Position numbers and translations under genes: made by a program. DNA of 64,000 bases from the human T2T-CHM13v2.0 reference genome, Homo sapiens. Location of the stretch: the NCBI RefSeq assembly GCF_009914755.1, contig NC_060925.1. One strand, 5' to 3'. Under the pieces are notes generated by a model that had not been told where the DNA came from, searched no databases, and saw only the letters and a program-made list of their open reading frames with translations. This document shows, piece after piece, positions 12,724 to 27,942 of the stretch; position 1 is the first letter of the stretch; each line of letters opens with the position of its first letter.

Positions 12724-13514
12724 GTAAGGGCTGCCTAGGAGGCTGCGGGTTTATTTTTCCTCATTCTCTTACTTCATCACACACTGAAGCCTCAATGGAG
12801 AGTGTAGGGTGCTGTGGGGCTGATGTGGGGCAAAGAGGGAATGGGGCCGCCGGGCCTGGATGGTCGTCTTGACGGCGTCATTGTCGCCCCTTGTAGGAAA
12901 TCCGCCAACCGGCCCCTAGCCTTTCGCCCTCATCTTCTCTGCTTCGGCTTCCGCCCTTGGACCTCTTGACAAGTCACTGGGGAGGAGAGGATGGAGAGAG
13001 GCTAAGGGAGAATGGAGAGAGGCAGAAGGATTCAGGGCTTGGAAGCCCTGGAGTAGGTGACGGATGGGCGCGCGGTGCCCAGTGATTGACTGCAGGCAGC
13101 GGGCGCGGAAGGGAACCTGAACTACCCAAGAGTTTGCTGGGCTGAGGCTCCAGGATGCTCCTGCGTGCCCTGGTGGCTGGGGCACCAAGGAGGGGCGCAC
13201 TCAAGCCTCGGCATCACCAAGGCTCTGCCAGGAACTTTTGGGAAGATTTGTCTGGTGTTTGGTGAGGGGGCTTGGACCTTTCTAGCTACAAGAGTGTGTT
13301 GGGGAAGGAAGAGGCTCTCCTCCTTTCTCCTGTCACTTTCCTTCATGCCTACTCTCTTCTTCCATCTTCCTGTTTTGCCTCCTTCCTTCCCGTTTTTCAC
13401 AGGCCACCTTCCTTGTGCGGTACTTCAAACACAAATCGGAACCCACTATGGCCAACAGCTTTAAAGCGTGTATAAGGAGGAGCGCACAGAAGAATCGCTC
13501 TTAATTACAGTAGT

Positions 13515-13552
13515 TATATATGTGTGTGTGTGTGTCTGTGTGTGTCACACAC
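13515..13552. repeat. (TA)/(TG)n microsatellite
   Basis: TATATATGTGTGTGTGTGTGTCTGTGTGTGTCACACAC. Confidence 0.9.
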
Positions 13553-14943
13553 GTGCCTGGGATAATTTTTAGCAAGACTTTGAGACGGTCACCTAAAATT
13601 ACATTGTACTTACATTAGGTTTACATCATAATTATATGATGCCACTGAACAGAAATGGTAACTCTATGCATTCTGCATCTTAGATCTGAGATATAACTGT
13701 TCTTTGAATCACATGCATCGTTTAATTTCAAAGATTTCCAGCTGCTGGAAAACTCTTGGCTAAGTTATAAGAATGAAAGGCACATTAAGCATAAAAAAAG
13801 TAATAAATGTCCAGATACTATTTTTATTAGTAGATCATACTCCCCCTCCGTTTCCTTTTGCCAAAAGCTGTTATTATACCAATTATATTCATAAAAACGA
13901 AACAAATTTGGAGATTTCAGTGTTTTTACCTACAACCTGAAGTGTAGGTAGGGGTCTAGAATTTATCTGTACATGAATTCACAAGAAGATAGATAAGGCC
14001 AATGATTTCACTGCAGGTAAAGGAAGTTGAGCTTCTTCTCTCTCAGGATACCTCATTTCTTGGTATCCCAAGAGAGAAATCCCCTTAATGTCAATAAATA
14101 TAGCATTGGTCTCTTCAGCTCTTCAAATCAATACTTGTAGGACTTGACTGTAATATGTTTGCTGGCTGTTTCTATTCTTTTTCATTTTCTAAACAACAAC
14201 GTGCCAATTTTGTTAATTTACAAAAAATAAGTAAGATTGTTAAATGGACTGGAATTTATGAGATGGCATGATCGATGCATTGAGGCTGTTTATCTATATA
14301 TCTATCATCTTTCTATTTTTCTTGTTACAGTTGGGAGCTAAACAATGTTGCAGTGTGTCTACTTGTATTTTTATCAGCTGATTTGCTTTTCAGTTTCTTT
14401 ATGGCTTGACATATTTTGCAAAAATGAATTGTCTTAAATTTCTCTAGAGAGTAACCTGTTAGACATACTGTTTGCTTTCAAAATAGGACTGTTTTTTGAT
14501 TTGAGGAATAAGAAATCAATCATACATGGTTTTCTGATCTTGGAGTCCTTTGCCTGTCTAGAGACAGGTATTTAAGTATTTAACAGTAATAGTTACTGTG
14601 TATGTACAAATAAAGGCTTGTTTGATAAAGATACTGGACACAGAAATAATAATTCCATTTTGGTTTACAAATGCAATATTTAAAATTGTGAAGAAATAAA
14701 GAGTTCTAGGTTACTCCTAATATCTTACTTGACTTAATTTGGCTAAGGAGCAAGAGGTATATGAAGAGGTCTTCAGTTAGAAAGATTTGGTGGTTAGTAA
14801 TTTATTATCATGTCATACAATTTCACCCATTTCTATTTCCAAAAACCTTCAAACAGCATAGTTTGGACAAGGTTTAGGATGTTGCTGACCACAAAACAAA
14901 TGAGTTCCTTCAGGCACTGGCTATTGTAGCCACCATGTGGTAA

Positions 14944-15359
14944 TACAGTGGACACTGTGATGTGCCAAATCGTTCTTCAAGGAGGGACTTGTTGCCCCAG
15001 CTTCTGGGAGTGTGGTCAACAGATGGCCTTCAATAGTCAGACTCTTCAGGGATTGCCTGAGCTGTAGAAAGCTCCCTTGTCCAAGGTCACACCCCTTTCC
15101 AGCGCAGCTCACATCCAATGGCTGATCCATGTGGGAGTATAAAGGTTGGGCCATTGCAGCACAACTCTGGAAAACTCTGAAGGATCTTTCTAGCTCTGGA
15201 GCTCCCTGAGGGCTTGCATTGCAGCTCTACTTCTCTCTTTGGTCCTTTCTGTTTCCTTCCCCATCCTTCCTCAGGTGTGGATAACAAGGCGGTTCCCAAG
15301 AAAATAGGGCTTTGAACTTCATTTCAGAATTAGCTTGCCAGGGAAACCCACCTGTGACT
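14944..15359 (+). mobile_element. ERVL solo LTR, LTR16C-like
   Basis: GGACACTGTG start; CCAAGGTCACACCCCTTTCC; CATCCAATG; GTATAAAGG; AACTCTGAAGG; end GGGAAACCCACCTGTGAC. Confidence 0.8.
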
Positions 15360-16096
15360 ATGTTCTTACCCCATACATTCATTTTGCCAGTTTTAATCCA
15401 TTGGTCTTTTGAAATGTGGTGTTTCAACCATCAAATATGATATAGAAGATGCATATGTGGAAGGAATTTATAGTTGACAGTTTCTTTTTCTTCCAGCACT
15501 TGAAAAATGTTATGTCACTTCATTTCAGGCCTCCCTGGTTTCAATGAGAAATTTGTTGTTGTTTGAATTGACGTTCCCTTATACGCAATGCGTCATTTCT
15601 CTCTGGAGAGTTTCAAGAATATTTTCTATATCTTCATTTTTTGGAAGTTTGATTATGATGTGTTTTGGCATGAATTTCTTTTGGTTTGCTCTGTTTGGGA
15701 TTTGATGAAGTTTTTAAAATGTAGGTTTGTCTTTCACCAAGTTGGGAGATTCTTAGGCATTATTTCTTCAAACACAAAAGTGTTTCAGCCCCACTCTCTT
15801 TCTTATCTGCTTCTGTGACTCTGATGATATGAAAGTTGGATCTTTTGTTGTTGTCCTACAAGACCCCGAGGCTTGGTTCATCATTTTTTTTTCTGGTATT
15901 TTCTCTTTGTTCAAATAGAAAACATTCATTGGTCTGTTTTCAAGTTCGCTGATTCTGTCCTCTGTCTTCTCTACTACAGAGCCCATCTAGTATTTTATTT
16001 TGATTACTATATTTTTCAACTCAATAATTTCCATTTGGTTCTTTTTGCAGCTTATGCTTATTTGCTGAGACATTCTATTTTTTCATTAGTTTCTAG

Positions 16097-16422
<326 letters not shown>

Positions 16423-16429
16423 TGAAACA

Positions 16430-16726
16430 TTTTTTTTTTTTTTGAGATGGAGTCTCGCTCTGTTGCCTAGGCTGGAATGCAGTGGCACTATTTCCACTCA
16501 CTGCAAGCTCCACCTCCCAGGTTCACGCCATTCTCTGGCCTCAGCCTTCTGAGTGGCTGGGATTACAGGTGCCCGCCACCACGCCTGGCTAATTTTTTTG
16601 TATTTTTTAGTAGAGACGGGGTTTCACCATGTTAGCCAGGATGGTCTCGATCTTCTGACCTCGTGATCCACCTGCCTCGGCCTCCCAAAGTGCTGGGATT
16701 ACAGGTGTGAGCCACTGCGCCCGGCC
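16430..16726 (-). mobile_element. AluY
   Basis: GCAAGCTCC, TTCACGCCATTCTC and TTAGCCAGGATGGTCTCGATC diagnostics; TSD AACATTTTT at 16426-16434 and 16727-16735. Confidence 0.92.
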
Positions 16727-17482
16727 AACATTTTTAGAATAAATGCTTTGTAATCTTTGTCAGATAATTCCAACATCTGATTCACTTAATTGTTGGTGTC
16801 ACTTGATTGTCTTTTCTCATTCAAGTTGTGGTCATATTTTGGACATTTTAGCTATTGTGTTAGAAGGCTCTGGGTTTCTATTTAAATCTTGTATTTTAAC
16901 AGATAATCACTCTGTTTAGGGTAACACACAGATCCTGGCCTACTTTTGTGGGCAGTGGTTTCAATGACAATTTAATTTCTAGAGGCTTTGAGGTGCTGTT
17001 AGTCTGCCTGGTTTGTCTGGTGCTTCCGGGGCTCCCACTGAACGCTGCTGGTGCCACCTGAAGGGGAAGAAGAAGCCTCCCCAGGCCAGGCCCTGTTGTG
17101 CCTCTAGGTTAGAGAAGTGTCTCTAAGTGACTTTCAGCCTTGCAGAAATAAGGAGCATTCTTAGACCTGGAACTTGTGGCAGGATTCCTGGTGCCAGTGC
17201 TCTGAGGCCACCTAGTATTGTCAAATGGACCCCAGTTAGATGCAGACAAGGAATGAGCCTACCTAGATCATTTCCTACTACTAGGTTAGGAGTCGGGAGA
17301 CTCTGGGCCTGGGTAATCTGCTGTTGAATAGAGAGTTGGAAGACATCCACTGCTCTATTGCTCTACTGTTCCTCCAGCCTAGAGGTCACTAAGCAGTCCA
17401 TTTCCCTCTTGCCACCATTCTCAGTCCTCCTTGGGATGCCCCTTGCATTATTTTTATTTTTTAATTTTAAAAATGTTTAAAA

Positions 17483-18126
<644 letters not shown>

Positions 18127-18602
18127 TTTTAAAAACACTCTAGTTTAAATCCTCAACCACATTATCCATTACTATCATTGAAAATACTAGTTTGATTGTA
18201 TTTCCCTGTAATATATATCTGTTAGGTGTGGAGACATAGTTTAAACCTTAGTTCAAGATAGCTTATTTAAATTAAGTTAATTAATATTACTGTAATTACA
18301 GAATTAAATGTCAAATCATACCCTGTCTGTAGAGTCTAAGACAAAAATCTTGGTATGTGACGTTTACTCTATGGAACATTTTTTTTTCAAGTTATCTTAA
18401 TGCATTTGAAAAATATTAGTACTTCTTATTTATTGCCATCTTTGTGGGAAAGGCTAAAAAATCCTTTATCCTGTGGACACTTTAACCTTAGAGAAAGTAA
18501 ATGACATTATTTCCATAAGCAACTTGCTGATATTTTGAATGGATTAAGGAGCAGATACCAGGATTCTGTCTTTGGCTCTCCTAGTATATCACAGTGCTGA
18601 CT

Positions 18603-18700
18603 CATAGAATTATGGCATTTTCAGAACTGAAAGTGATCTTAGAGATCACCTATTTCAACCTTATTGTTTTATATTTTAGAAAACTGACATGTTAAAAAGC
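18603..18700 (-). mobile_element. MIR3/MIRc fragment
   Basis: AGAACTGAAAGTGATCTTAGAGATCACCTATTTCAACC...GAAAACTGA. Confidence 0.6.
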
Positions 18701-20391
18701 CATAAGGAAATCTAAGTTCCTTCAGTTCAGTGATGGCAGGGCTTGTTTATTCTGAGTTCTTAGAATTTCCTAATTTGATATTTTCTTTAAGAAATCAGAA
18801 TTGCCTTCCTTTGAGAAGGCTTATTAAAAATTTATTTTGAGGTATAATCTCTCAGTACCCCTTTTTTAACAAGAAAAACTACTTCAATAAGTTGGGAGGA
18901 CATGATTTTTTTAAATAAAAATAGGCTTGTTTGAAAATCTGAGGGACATATGGATTAATTATCCAGAAAAATGAACATATAGTCAAAAATTTGCATTCAA
19001 TATTAAGTATTTATGGATTCCTAGGAAAGACCTCCAGATACTGTTTTGTGTTATACTCATGCACTAACTGTGGATTGTCTTTGTTGGGGAAAGTGATAGG
19101 GATAATGACTTATTTTATAGTCTGGGTCAGCCTTAAAGGCCTGTGGATGGTGACAGTTGTCCTGGGCATGCTACATTGGTATACTGCAGGATTTGTCTCC
19201 CTGCAGATTCTAGAGTGGCAGTAGGTGAGAAGGATGTAGCAGGACCAGCAGGTGTTCAAACAGACTGACTGTGCGAAATACAAACAGGGAACTCAGCCCA
19301 CAGTGCTTGCTCTCTCCTCCCCCATAACACACACACATACACTTACAACATATATTAAGATTCCTTAGAAAGATTCTCCATCTGTTTCTTTCTGCTCTCA
19401 CCTTCTTACTATATGGAGAAACAGTGTCCTTTTGAGATCATTCTTTTTCTGATAAGATTGCTTTAGTGGTCATTTAAAACCAATTTCACCTATATCAAAT
19501 GTTAAGGGCTGAAAAAAGAAAGATTAAAGCAGCATCTGCTGTATATACTGGGGGGATTTTTCTAAGGGTAAAAACAAAAGCACATCCATGTTTTCCTTAT
19601 ATCATGGATTAAAAAAAATTAAAACCATAGAATGATAATGACTGAATTCAGAGATCAGGAGGCAAGGCCAGTATTGAAATTACTTTTAAGCAGACTGCCT
19701 ATATATACTTAAAGGAAGCTCCTATATACACTTCTGTGACTAGTACAACTCCCTGGATGAGAAATAAGACTGAATTGTTTTGCAGTGTCATGATGTGTAC
19801 CAGAGTGAAAAACTCAATGCAGAAAAATGGGAATGTTGTACAAAAAGATATAACAGAATGAGGCAGTTTTTTTCTAGTTAATTTCCCTAGAAAGCACTTT
19901 GTAGGACTTCTATTTGCAAGGTTACACTTTAGTAACTGAATAAGTGAGGACTGGGAATTGGAAGTCCTGAGTTCCAGTGCTGCTATGCAATTTATTGGGT
20001 CAGTGACATCCTGTGTGTAAGCCTAAGGGTATAAAATAAGGCCAGCTTATGATAATCTCTAAAGTTCTTTCCAGCATTATCATTTGGTGAAACTTCAGAT
20101 TAGTGGATATTGTTCGACAAAACATTTGAAACAATTTGTGGTAGGCCCATGCAATTAAGTATTATCCATAAGAAAGATCTCCAGGAAGTTAATATTTGAA
20201 TTTGAAAGTAGTATAATATCTTGATATGGTCAGAATTTGCAATAGTAAGAGTGGTCACGGTTGGGCTAAGACTATCCAACTATATGGGTATAGCACATAG
20301 CACAATTTGGGGAACAAACATTTTGCTGAAATGATAATGACAACGGTCATGATGCAAATATGGATGGCACTAGATTTAACTGGACGGAAGG

Positions 20392-20871
20392 TGTGGTAGA
20401 TACTGCAGATTGGCTGAATATCAATTCATCCCCTTTCTCTCTCATCTTCCTCTGCTATACAAGTTGGAAAGCAAAACATTCAATTTTCCAGCCTCCCTTG
20501 AAGGTAGCAATGGCCCCTATGACAAAGATTAGATGAAAGCTTCTGGGGAGCACTTCCCTTCTCGAACAAAGCTTCTTAAAACGAAGTCTGTTTCCCCTGT
20601 CTCTTACCCCTTCTTACTCCATAGAGCATGGATGATCCTGTGAGTGGCCATCTTGCAAGGATGAGGAATAAATCCATAGGCTTAGGATGATGAAGTGGCA
20701 AAACAGATGTAGCTTGGATCCTCGGTGGCATTTTCAAGATGTATCAGCCCTGCACTGCCTACCTCCAGGCTTACTATTCCATGAGAAAAATATAAACCCC
20801 TTAATTGTTTCTTCCACTATTTTGTTAGATTATTTGTTACTTCCAGCAAAATACTTTTCCAACTGAATACA
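20392..20871 (+). mobile_element. MaLR solo LTR (MLT1J-like)
   Basis: TGTGGTAGA start; TTTTCCAGCCTCCCTTG; CTGCCTACCTCCAGGCTT; TTGTTACTTCCAGC...AACTGAATACA end. Confidence 0.75.
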
Positions 20872-21574
20872 TGAAGTAATTTTTAAGACCTCACATTTTA
20901 CATTTTTGAAGGATAAAATTAGTGTCTACAGATCTATGTAATTACTGACCTTGGATATGAAACTTAGGGTACTTTGTACCAATACTTTCATTTTGAAGAA
21001 GTTTGGGTGTGAAAATTTTGGATAATTTGTATAATTTTCATCTTATTTTTCATTGCATGAAGAATAGCATGAGACTTCAAGAGTCTCTGTTTTGCATTGC
21101 TTAGAGAATAGTTCAAATTTTATTCAATGGGTAAAATTTATATTAAGAAAACTCTTTCTGTGAGTCATACCTCCTACTTAGCCATAATCTTTGGTAAGAT
21201 AGGGATACAGCTGAAGAATACCAATGAGTCTTGAAAATAATTGTTTTCCCCATTTGGATTATAGGCAAAATGTATAGCAAAGTGGGTTTCCCTCTTTACT
21301 ATTTAATGTGAGTTTGTTTCCACCAAATTTCTTCTGACTTCACACTGTCACAAACTGAGAAATACTTTAAAAGGAGGAGTGTAAAGGTGAAAGAAGGTTG
21401 GAATTTGCAGTACATGGATATAAAAGATGGAAAATAATTTTGTGCATATGACAAGGAATCTACAGACTCTCCATTTGGATTTGTCTGACTTAGTGCAGGG
21501 AATTAATTTTTGCTTTAAGCCGTGTGATAAGAGAAAAAGAAGGATTCAATTGGGATATGTTGATAATATTATAG

Positions 21575-22110
21575 CAGTTAAGATTGCATTCATTTGGGAG
21601 TAACCAATAATTTGACATACAATGCTACAACCAGCAAGAAGTTTATTTTTTTTATACAACATAAAGTGTCAGCAGGAAGATAGTTCTTAATAACCGAGGA
21701 AACTATGAAGGAATTGGGCTCCTTCCTGCTTTTGACTCCACTGTAATTAGTGTCTCCTGGTTGAAAGTGTCACCAGTTTTCTCCTGGTGAAAAGACAGTT
21801 AATAAAGCTTCCAGGCATGACATCTGTACCACAGGCAGGTAGAGGTGGCCAGGCACAAGGCACACAGCAGCTGAGTCCGTCCTTTTTAATAAGGAAAATA
21901 TTAGCTTCCTGGGAAGTTGCATCTGGTAGACTTCTAATATCTTATGCACCAGAACTATGTCAATGGCCATACCTAAGTACAAGGAATTATGAGAAATAGT
22001 TTGTTTGTGTTTTAATTGTTGTCTGGAAAAATTGGTACCTCCCCCAAAATGTCAGGATTCTGTTATATAATGAAAAAAGGGAAAATAGATATGGGGTAGG
22101 AAACCACTAT
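21575..22110 (-). mobile_element. MaLR LTR (MLT1K/L-like)
   Basis: AGTTAAGATTGC start; CCAGAACTATGTCAATGGCCATACCTAAG; CAGGATTCTGTT; GATATGGGGTAGGAAACC. Confidence 0.65.
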
Positions 22111-22714
22111 TGTCATTGCATATGAAAATATTTTACAGCTTTTAAAATATTTGCGGTGTTGTCTCATAAATTTGTAATCTGGAGATTTCTTAAGATATGA
22201 TAGTTTAAAATGGTTATAAATTTTTATTTGCCTCATTATCTAATTTTTTTAATCAGTTGTCATTGTGTCAAGAGAGCTGACTGATATATGAAACTGAGTG
22301 ATAGTATTGCTATTAAGGGAATTATAAGCAAAAAAGTCACAATTTCCTTCTACATTAATGATGACATATATAAGTGTGAAATTCTGAGAAATCAGATAGT
22401 GACACTATTGTGTACTATTATGTATTATTTATTTATAAAATGTATTTGTGTACTATTTATTTATAAAATGTTATGCTTTTTTGTTTTCCCTAAATTTTTA
22501 ATGACATATATTAATATTATCCAAGAGCAAATATATTTTTTAAAAGAATAAAATAAACTTGGCTTAATCTCAGCATTTCTACTTTGCTATACTCATTCAA
22601 GATATTGACAAAAATATCCTTCATAATTGAAGGTTTATTCTCCAATTGATGTAGGCACTCTACTTAGAAGCTGTTTATCCACATCAAGGCTAATGGATTT
22701 CTTTTTCTAGTTAG

Positions 22715-22855
22715 TTTTTTCACATTAAAATAGGGAGAGGCAACTGTTCTCACCACACATCAAAAGGATGTTATAAAGACAAATGAAATAATGGATGTGA
22801 AGTGCATTATTCGCTCTAAAAGGTGTTATATAAATTCTATAAATAGTATTATTAA
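22715..22855 (+). mobile_element. MIR fragment
   Basis: AAAATAGGGA...GGATGTTATAAAGACAAATGAAATAATGGATGTGAAGTGC. Confidence 0.6.
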
Positions 22856-24109
22856 TGTGTAAAGAAGATGATGGGTGATCATTTCCAAAAGTGAGTATCA
22901 TAACCAGGAATTTTGAGTGTGGTCTTCAATACAAGTTTTTCAAAGAGAACAATAAAAACAACATATTCTTAAGTTCTTGCATTGAAATATCACTGGTAAA
23001 CCTCACTGTGAGGGGAAGAGAATGTACAGAAAGGGCTTCAAAGCCAGGCAATTTCTTGAATAATGCAACATAGTAATAGATTTTGCCCAGATATAAAAAG
23101 TCCTTTGGGTCTCTTAAATGGTTTGTGAGATGGGAAAACTCGGATTAAAATGTACGATTCCAGTGCTGGAAATAGAATCTTAAATCTAGAATGGAACTTC
23201 CAATGCCATATCTTGGAAACAATGAGGTTCTGCTTTACTAAAAAAATCTTCAATAAAGGCTTTTGTAATACTGTCAGTAAAGGTTTTTGTCAGCCCTTTG
23301 GACGCCAGCTTTTATTTCTTGAAAAGTAAATTTTAAATAGGAAGTTGTTCCTTATTTCTAACCATGGCAAATGTCATGCTTTCTATGTGCTGGTCACTAG
23401 GGAAAATGAATTGTATGATATGCTGATAATGCTTGACTTTGAGCCAGGGAGCAAGGCTTGTGTCTTAGTTTTGTCACTAACTTAATTGTGTAACTGGGAA
23501 AATTATTCAATTGTTTCATGTAAAGAAACAGTCTTTAAACTACATCATTTTCCTCTTTAGGCTTTTTAGGCATGCTTAGGGGACTTGTCTAATGGAGATC
23601 GTAGGGGAAAGTCACACCTCTGTGGGAAAAATACTGGGTCTCTTTCATGTCAAATTTATGGTGATGAGTGTTTACATGAAATTGTCATGTGAAAAGTGAT
23701 CTGGAAATAAGTACAAGGAAGGAAGCTTTGCTTTTCTCTGTGCTTTATGCTCTTGCTTGATTTGTTGAAGATCAATGCTAATGTGTGGGGTTCCAAGTGG
23801 TGTATGCTAAAGAGACAGTAGCTAAGAAGGAACAAAGGTGGTTAGTTAAGGAGAGCACGTCATACTTTGTAAATCAGATTGTCAACATTATTTTATCTCT
23901 TTTTGCTTTACCCCAAGTCATTAGAAAGTCTTGTTTAATTGTCTTGGCTGTCTTATGAAAATTAAGAGGGAGGTTAAATTCAGGCAAGTGTTTTGGACAG
24001 GAAGTAGTTCCCCTTGGCCTAAAGCACTGTGGTAGTAGCAGTAGCAGCAATAATTAGAGAGTAGGGAATTCTTAAGAGAAGATAGGGGAGAAATGAAGAG
24101 GGGAATAGG

Positions 24110-24995
<886 letters not shown>

Positions 24996-24999
24996 ACAA

Positions 25000-26450
25000 T
25001 CATTGTGCAGCTTTTTTTTTTAAACCTCTTTCCTACAGCAGATTCCTTGTTTCCTGATTTTTATATCTTCCTGTTTCTTGGTTTAATCTTTTGTATTGAT
25101 AGGTGGAGCATATCTTCCAATATCTTCCTAAGGAAGAGTATTTAAAGGTAGAACTTTTGAAATGTTTTACATCTGGAAATGTTTTTCTTCTATTTTACAC
25201 CTTGTGGATGTAGAATTCTAGGAAGCCATTTTACTCAGAATTTTGAAGGCATATTTCCATGTCTGTTGGCTGTCATTTTAGCCATTAAGAAGTTTGATGC
25301 TATTTTGAATCTTGATCCTTTAAATGTGAAGTCTTTTTCTCATTTGAAGCTTTTTAACATCATCTCATTCTCCTTGAAAATTTTGAAATTTCAAGATTAT
25401 GTACCTGGGTGCAGGTCATTTCTAATTTTGGTGGGGGAGCTCAGTGGGTCTTTTCTTTCTGGATACTGTACTCTTCTTTAGTTCTGGAAGTTTTTCTTCT
25501 ATTATCAATTTTATTAATTCTGAAGTCAATTTTCCCCCATTATTTAACATCTCAGATCAACATGCACCTTTAATCGATGGTGTCTTATAAAAGCCAGATG
25601 TCAATCATGAGTTGGTTGTGTAAAAAACATTCTATTGACACCTTCTGACATGACTTTGAAACAAGTGCTAACATTAGCACTATATTAGTGCTAAATTATT
25701 TCATTTGGTTTTCTTGGTTCTGTTTTCTAGAATTTCTATTACTTCTTAGTGATACATAAAATAATGCTTGTTTTTGATTGTAAGGTACACAATTATTTTA
25801 TGTATGACTAAGAAAAAATACTAGCAATGAAACTGTAAACAGTGTTTTCTAATCACTTACACAATTAATTTTATTTTTATTGAAAGAACATGCTTACACT
25901 TAAATATAAAATATATGATATATTTCTCCCATGAATGCATAACAAAAGAACACATACTAAAATAGCTTAGATGAGTTATTCTAAAAACTGATTCACTTTC
26001 AGAGTTTTAAATTCACATTTGAATCCGTCTCTTCAGAATCCTGAGTCACTAATATCTGTGTTTATCCATGCAGTTCCACTTTATGTACCATCAGTAGAGC
26101 TGGTCCTGAAAAGATGCTTAGCAATTATGTTGATCGAGCTTGCCTTGTGATTCCTGCTTTGGGGATGTTGTTAAACATGCTTGATTCCCCACTGATCCTA
26201 TCTCTTCATTACAGGTATATGATTTCTAGATGTTAAAGGATGCTCCATTATTGTTTCTTAGATTTCCTTGTGACCAAACTCTCATTACTGCTATCTCTCT
26301 GACGGCAGTTGTAAAATACTGTCAATTGTAGGGCATATCCTGATTTCAGGGCTGTAATTGGAAAATATACATGGTATTTAGATGCTGAGCCATCAGGATT
26401 AATCCTCTAAAAATTTCTTATCTTTTAAAAACAAATTTTCTTTCACATAT
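25000..26450 (-). mobile_element. Ancient L1ME-like segment interrupted by Kanga1-like DNA-transposon pieces
   Basis: AGAATTCTAGG...TTTGAAGGCATATTTCCATTGTCT...AAGTTTGATGC. TTCTAGAATTTCTATTACTT (~25745) continues as AGATGCTGAG...TAATCCTCTAA (~26380). Confidence 0.55.
25510..26385. mobile_element. Kanga1/MER104-family (TcMar-Tc2) DNA-transposon remnants
   Basis: TTTAACATCTCAGATC...AATCGATGGTGTCTTA (plus-strand 5' end, 25510-25690). Minus-strand body 25775-26385 (ATTATTTTATGTATGACTAAG...ATTGAAAGAAC...TGTCAATTGTAGGGCATATCCTGATTTCAG). Confidence 0.6.
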
Positions 26451-26799
26451 TACATATTGTTCTGTGTATAGTTACTCTTCTACTGTGTACCTTAATTGCA
26501 AGGTAAAGAGAAACTTGAATTTTCTTAAAGTGAAACAGAAATGGCAAGAATCCCTGGGGTCCTTTTACCTCTAACAGCAGCACATCTGCTAGAAAACTCA
26601 CCTGACCTGGGAGATGATCAAATCATAAAGAGAACCACATTTGTGATTCAGGCACCCCTTTGCAGGTACCTCAGAGAATCATGTCTAGAAGCAGTGGGAA
26701 ACATTTCTCCAGCTGTCCCTCTGCATAGATTCACAGATTCACAATTATATTATACACATCGTTCTATAACTGCATGTATTCACTCAAAATTGAGTAAAA

Positions 26800-27230
26800 A
26801 AATCGATTTCTCGCATCATTATGAAGGGCTGTATTGTATTCTATTGAATAAGTGTACTATGCTTTATTGAATCCATTCTCTAATGATGAATATTCAAATC
26901 ACTTTCATTTTAATTATTGGAATTTACCAATGCTTTAATAAGTATCCCAGTATAAATGTTTGGAATTGCTGAGTTAAGGGCTATACACAATTTAAAGGCT
27001 TTTTGACATAAACTTTTCTTCCAGAAAGTGTATACCAATGTATGGTTTCACCAACTGTCGATTGTAGTGCTAGTTTCCTCCTATCCCTCTAATCCCATTT
27101 CCTCATATCCCTCTAATTCTCGATTTTGTCAAGTCATTGGTCAATGTGAGGAGAGAAAAACGGTCTCTTGGCTATTTTCAATTGGTTTTCTTTAATTACT
27201 CATGAGCCTAACGAACTTTTCAATGTGATG
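26800..27230 (-). mobile_element. L1ME 3' region
   Basis: AATCCATTCTCTAATGATGAA; GGAATTGCTGAGTTAAGGG; CCAGAAAGTGTATACCAAT. Confidence 0.6.
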
Positions 27231-27642
27231 TGGTGTCCTCTGAGAGAGAAAGCAGCTGCCCAAGTAGGGTTGGAGTGGGCAGGGCAGCTGGAGTGGCCCC
27301 TTGGTTGGTGTCAGTAGAAGGTATCTGTCAGGAAAGGAGTAGTTACTGCTTTGGAGACCTGGAAGGTTTGGAGAACTCTGTGATTTAAGCCCTTTAGCCT
27401 TCATGGAGATCCTTTTTGTTACCTTCCCAAAGTAGCTGGATGCCTTTCAGGTTCCACAGTTATTGTTACTTTGACCATAGTGTCTGCGTGAATACAGAGC
27501 ATCGACCTCTAGACTGTATAATCCTCATCTAGTCCCAGAGACAGGATGGCCTAGGGGCAATAAGTAGGTGAAGTGTAAGTAGGGCTTTGAGTCAGTGAGG
27601 ATTAAAGGGAGTGTTGGGTCCATCAAGTAGGTAGACAAACAC

Positions 27643-27942
27643 TTTTTTTTTTTTTTTTTTTTGAAGCAGACTCTTGATCTGATGCCCAGGCTGGAGTGAA
27701 GTAGTACAATTCTAGCTCACTATAACCTTCAACTCCTGGGCTCAAGTGACCCTCCTGCCTCAACCTCCCAAGTAGCTAGCACTACAGGCATGCACCACCA
27801 CACCTGGCTAATTTAAAGAAATTGTAGAGACAGGGTCTTGCTACGTTGCCCAGGCTGGTCTTGAACTTCTGGTCTCAAGCAATTCTCCTGCCTCAGCTTC
27901 CCAAAGTGCTGAGATTACAGGCATGAGCCATTATCCTCAGCT
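27643..27942 (-). mobile_element. AluJ
   Basis: AACTCCTGGGCTCAAGTGA and GGGTCTTGCTACGTTGCCCAGG diagnostics; 20-T tail. Confidence 0.9.

Larger units (their letters stand above)
11600..13230 (+). promoter_or_regulatory. PDE4B: CpG-island promoter of PDE4B (long isoform PDE4B1)
   Basis: Abrupt GC/CpG enrichment in an AT-rich window; NotI site GCGGCCGC at 12656; GC box GGGGCGGGG ~12328; (CG)5 at 12456-12465; contains two exon/donor units. Confidence 0.9.

Noticed and set aside
11511-13475. Overlapping 66-182 aa ORFs on both strands in the CpG island
   Set aside because: Low-complexity R/A/G/P-rich frames, mostly with non-ATG starts, expected from stop-codon scarcity in GC-rich DNA; no recognisable domain.
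26541-26870. 109-aa ATG ORF (MARIPGVLLP...)
   Set aside because: No recognisable homology; its 3' part runs into L1ME sequence; no supporting splice or promoter context. A BLASTP/tBLASTn hit would be needed to revive it.
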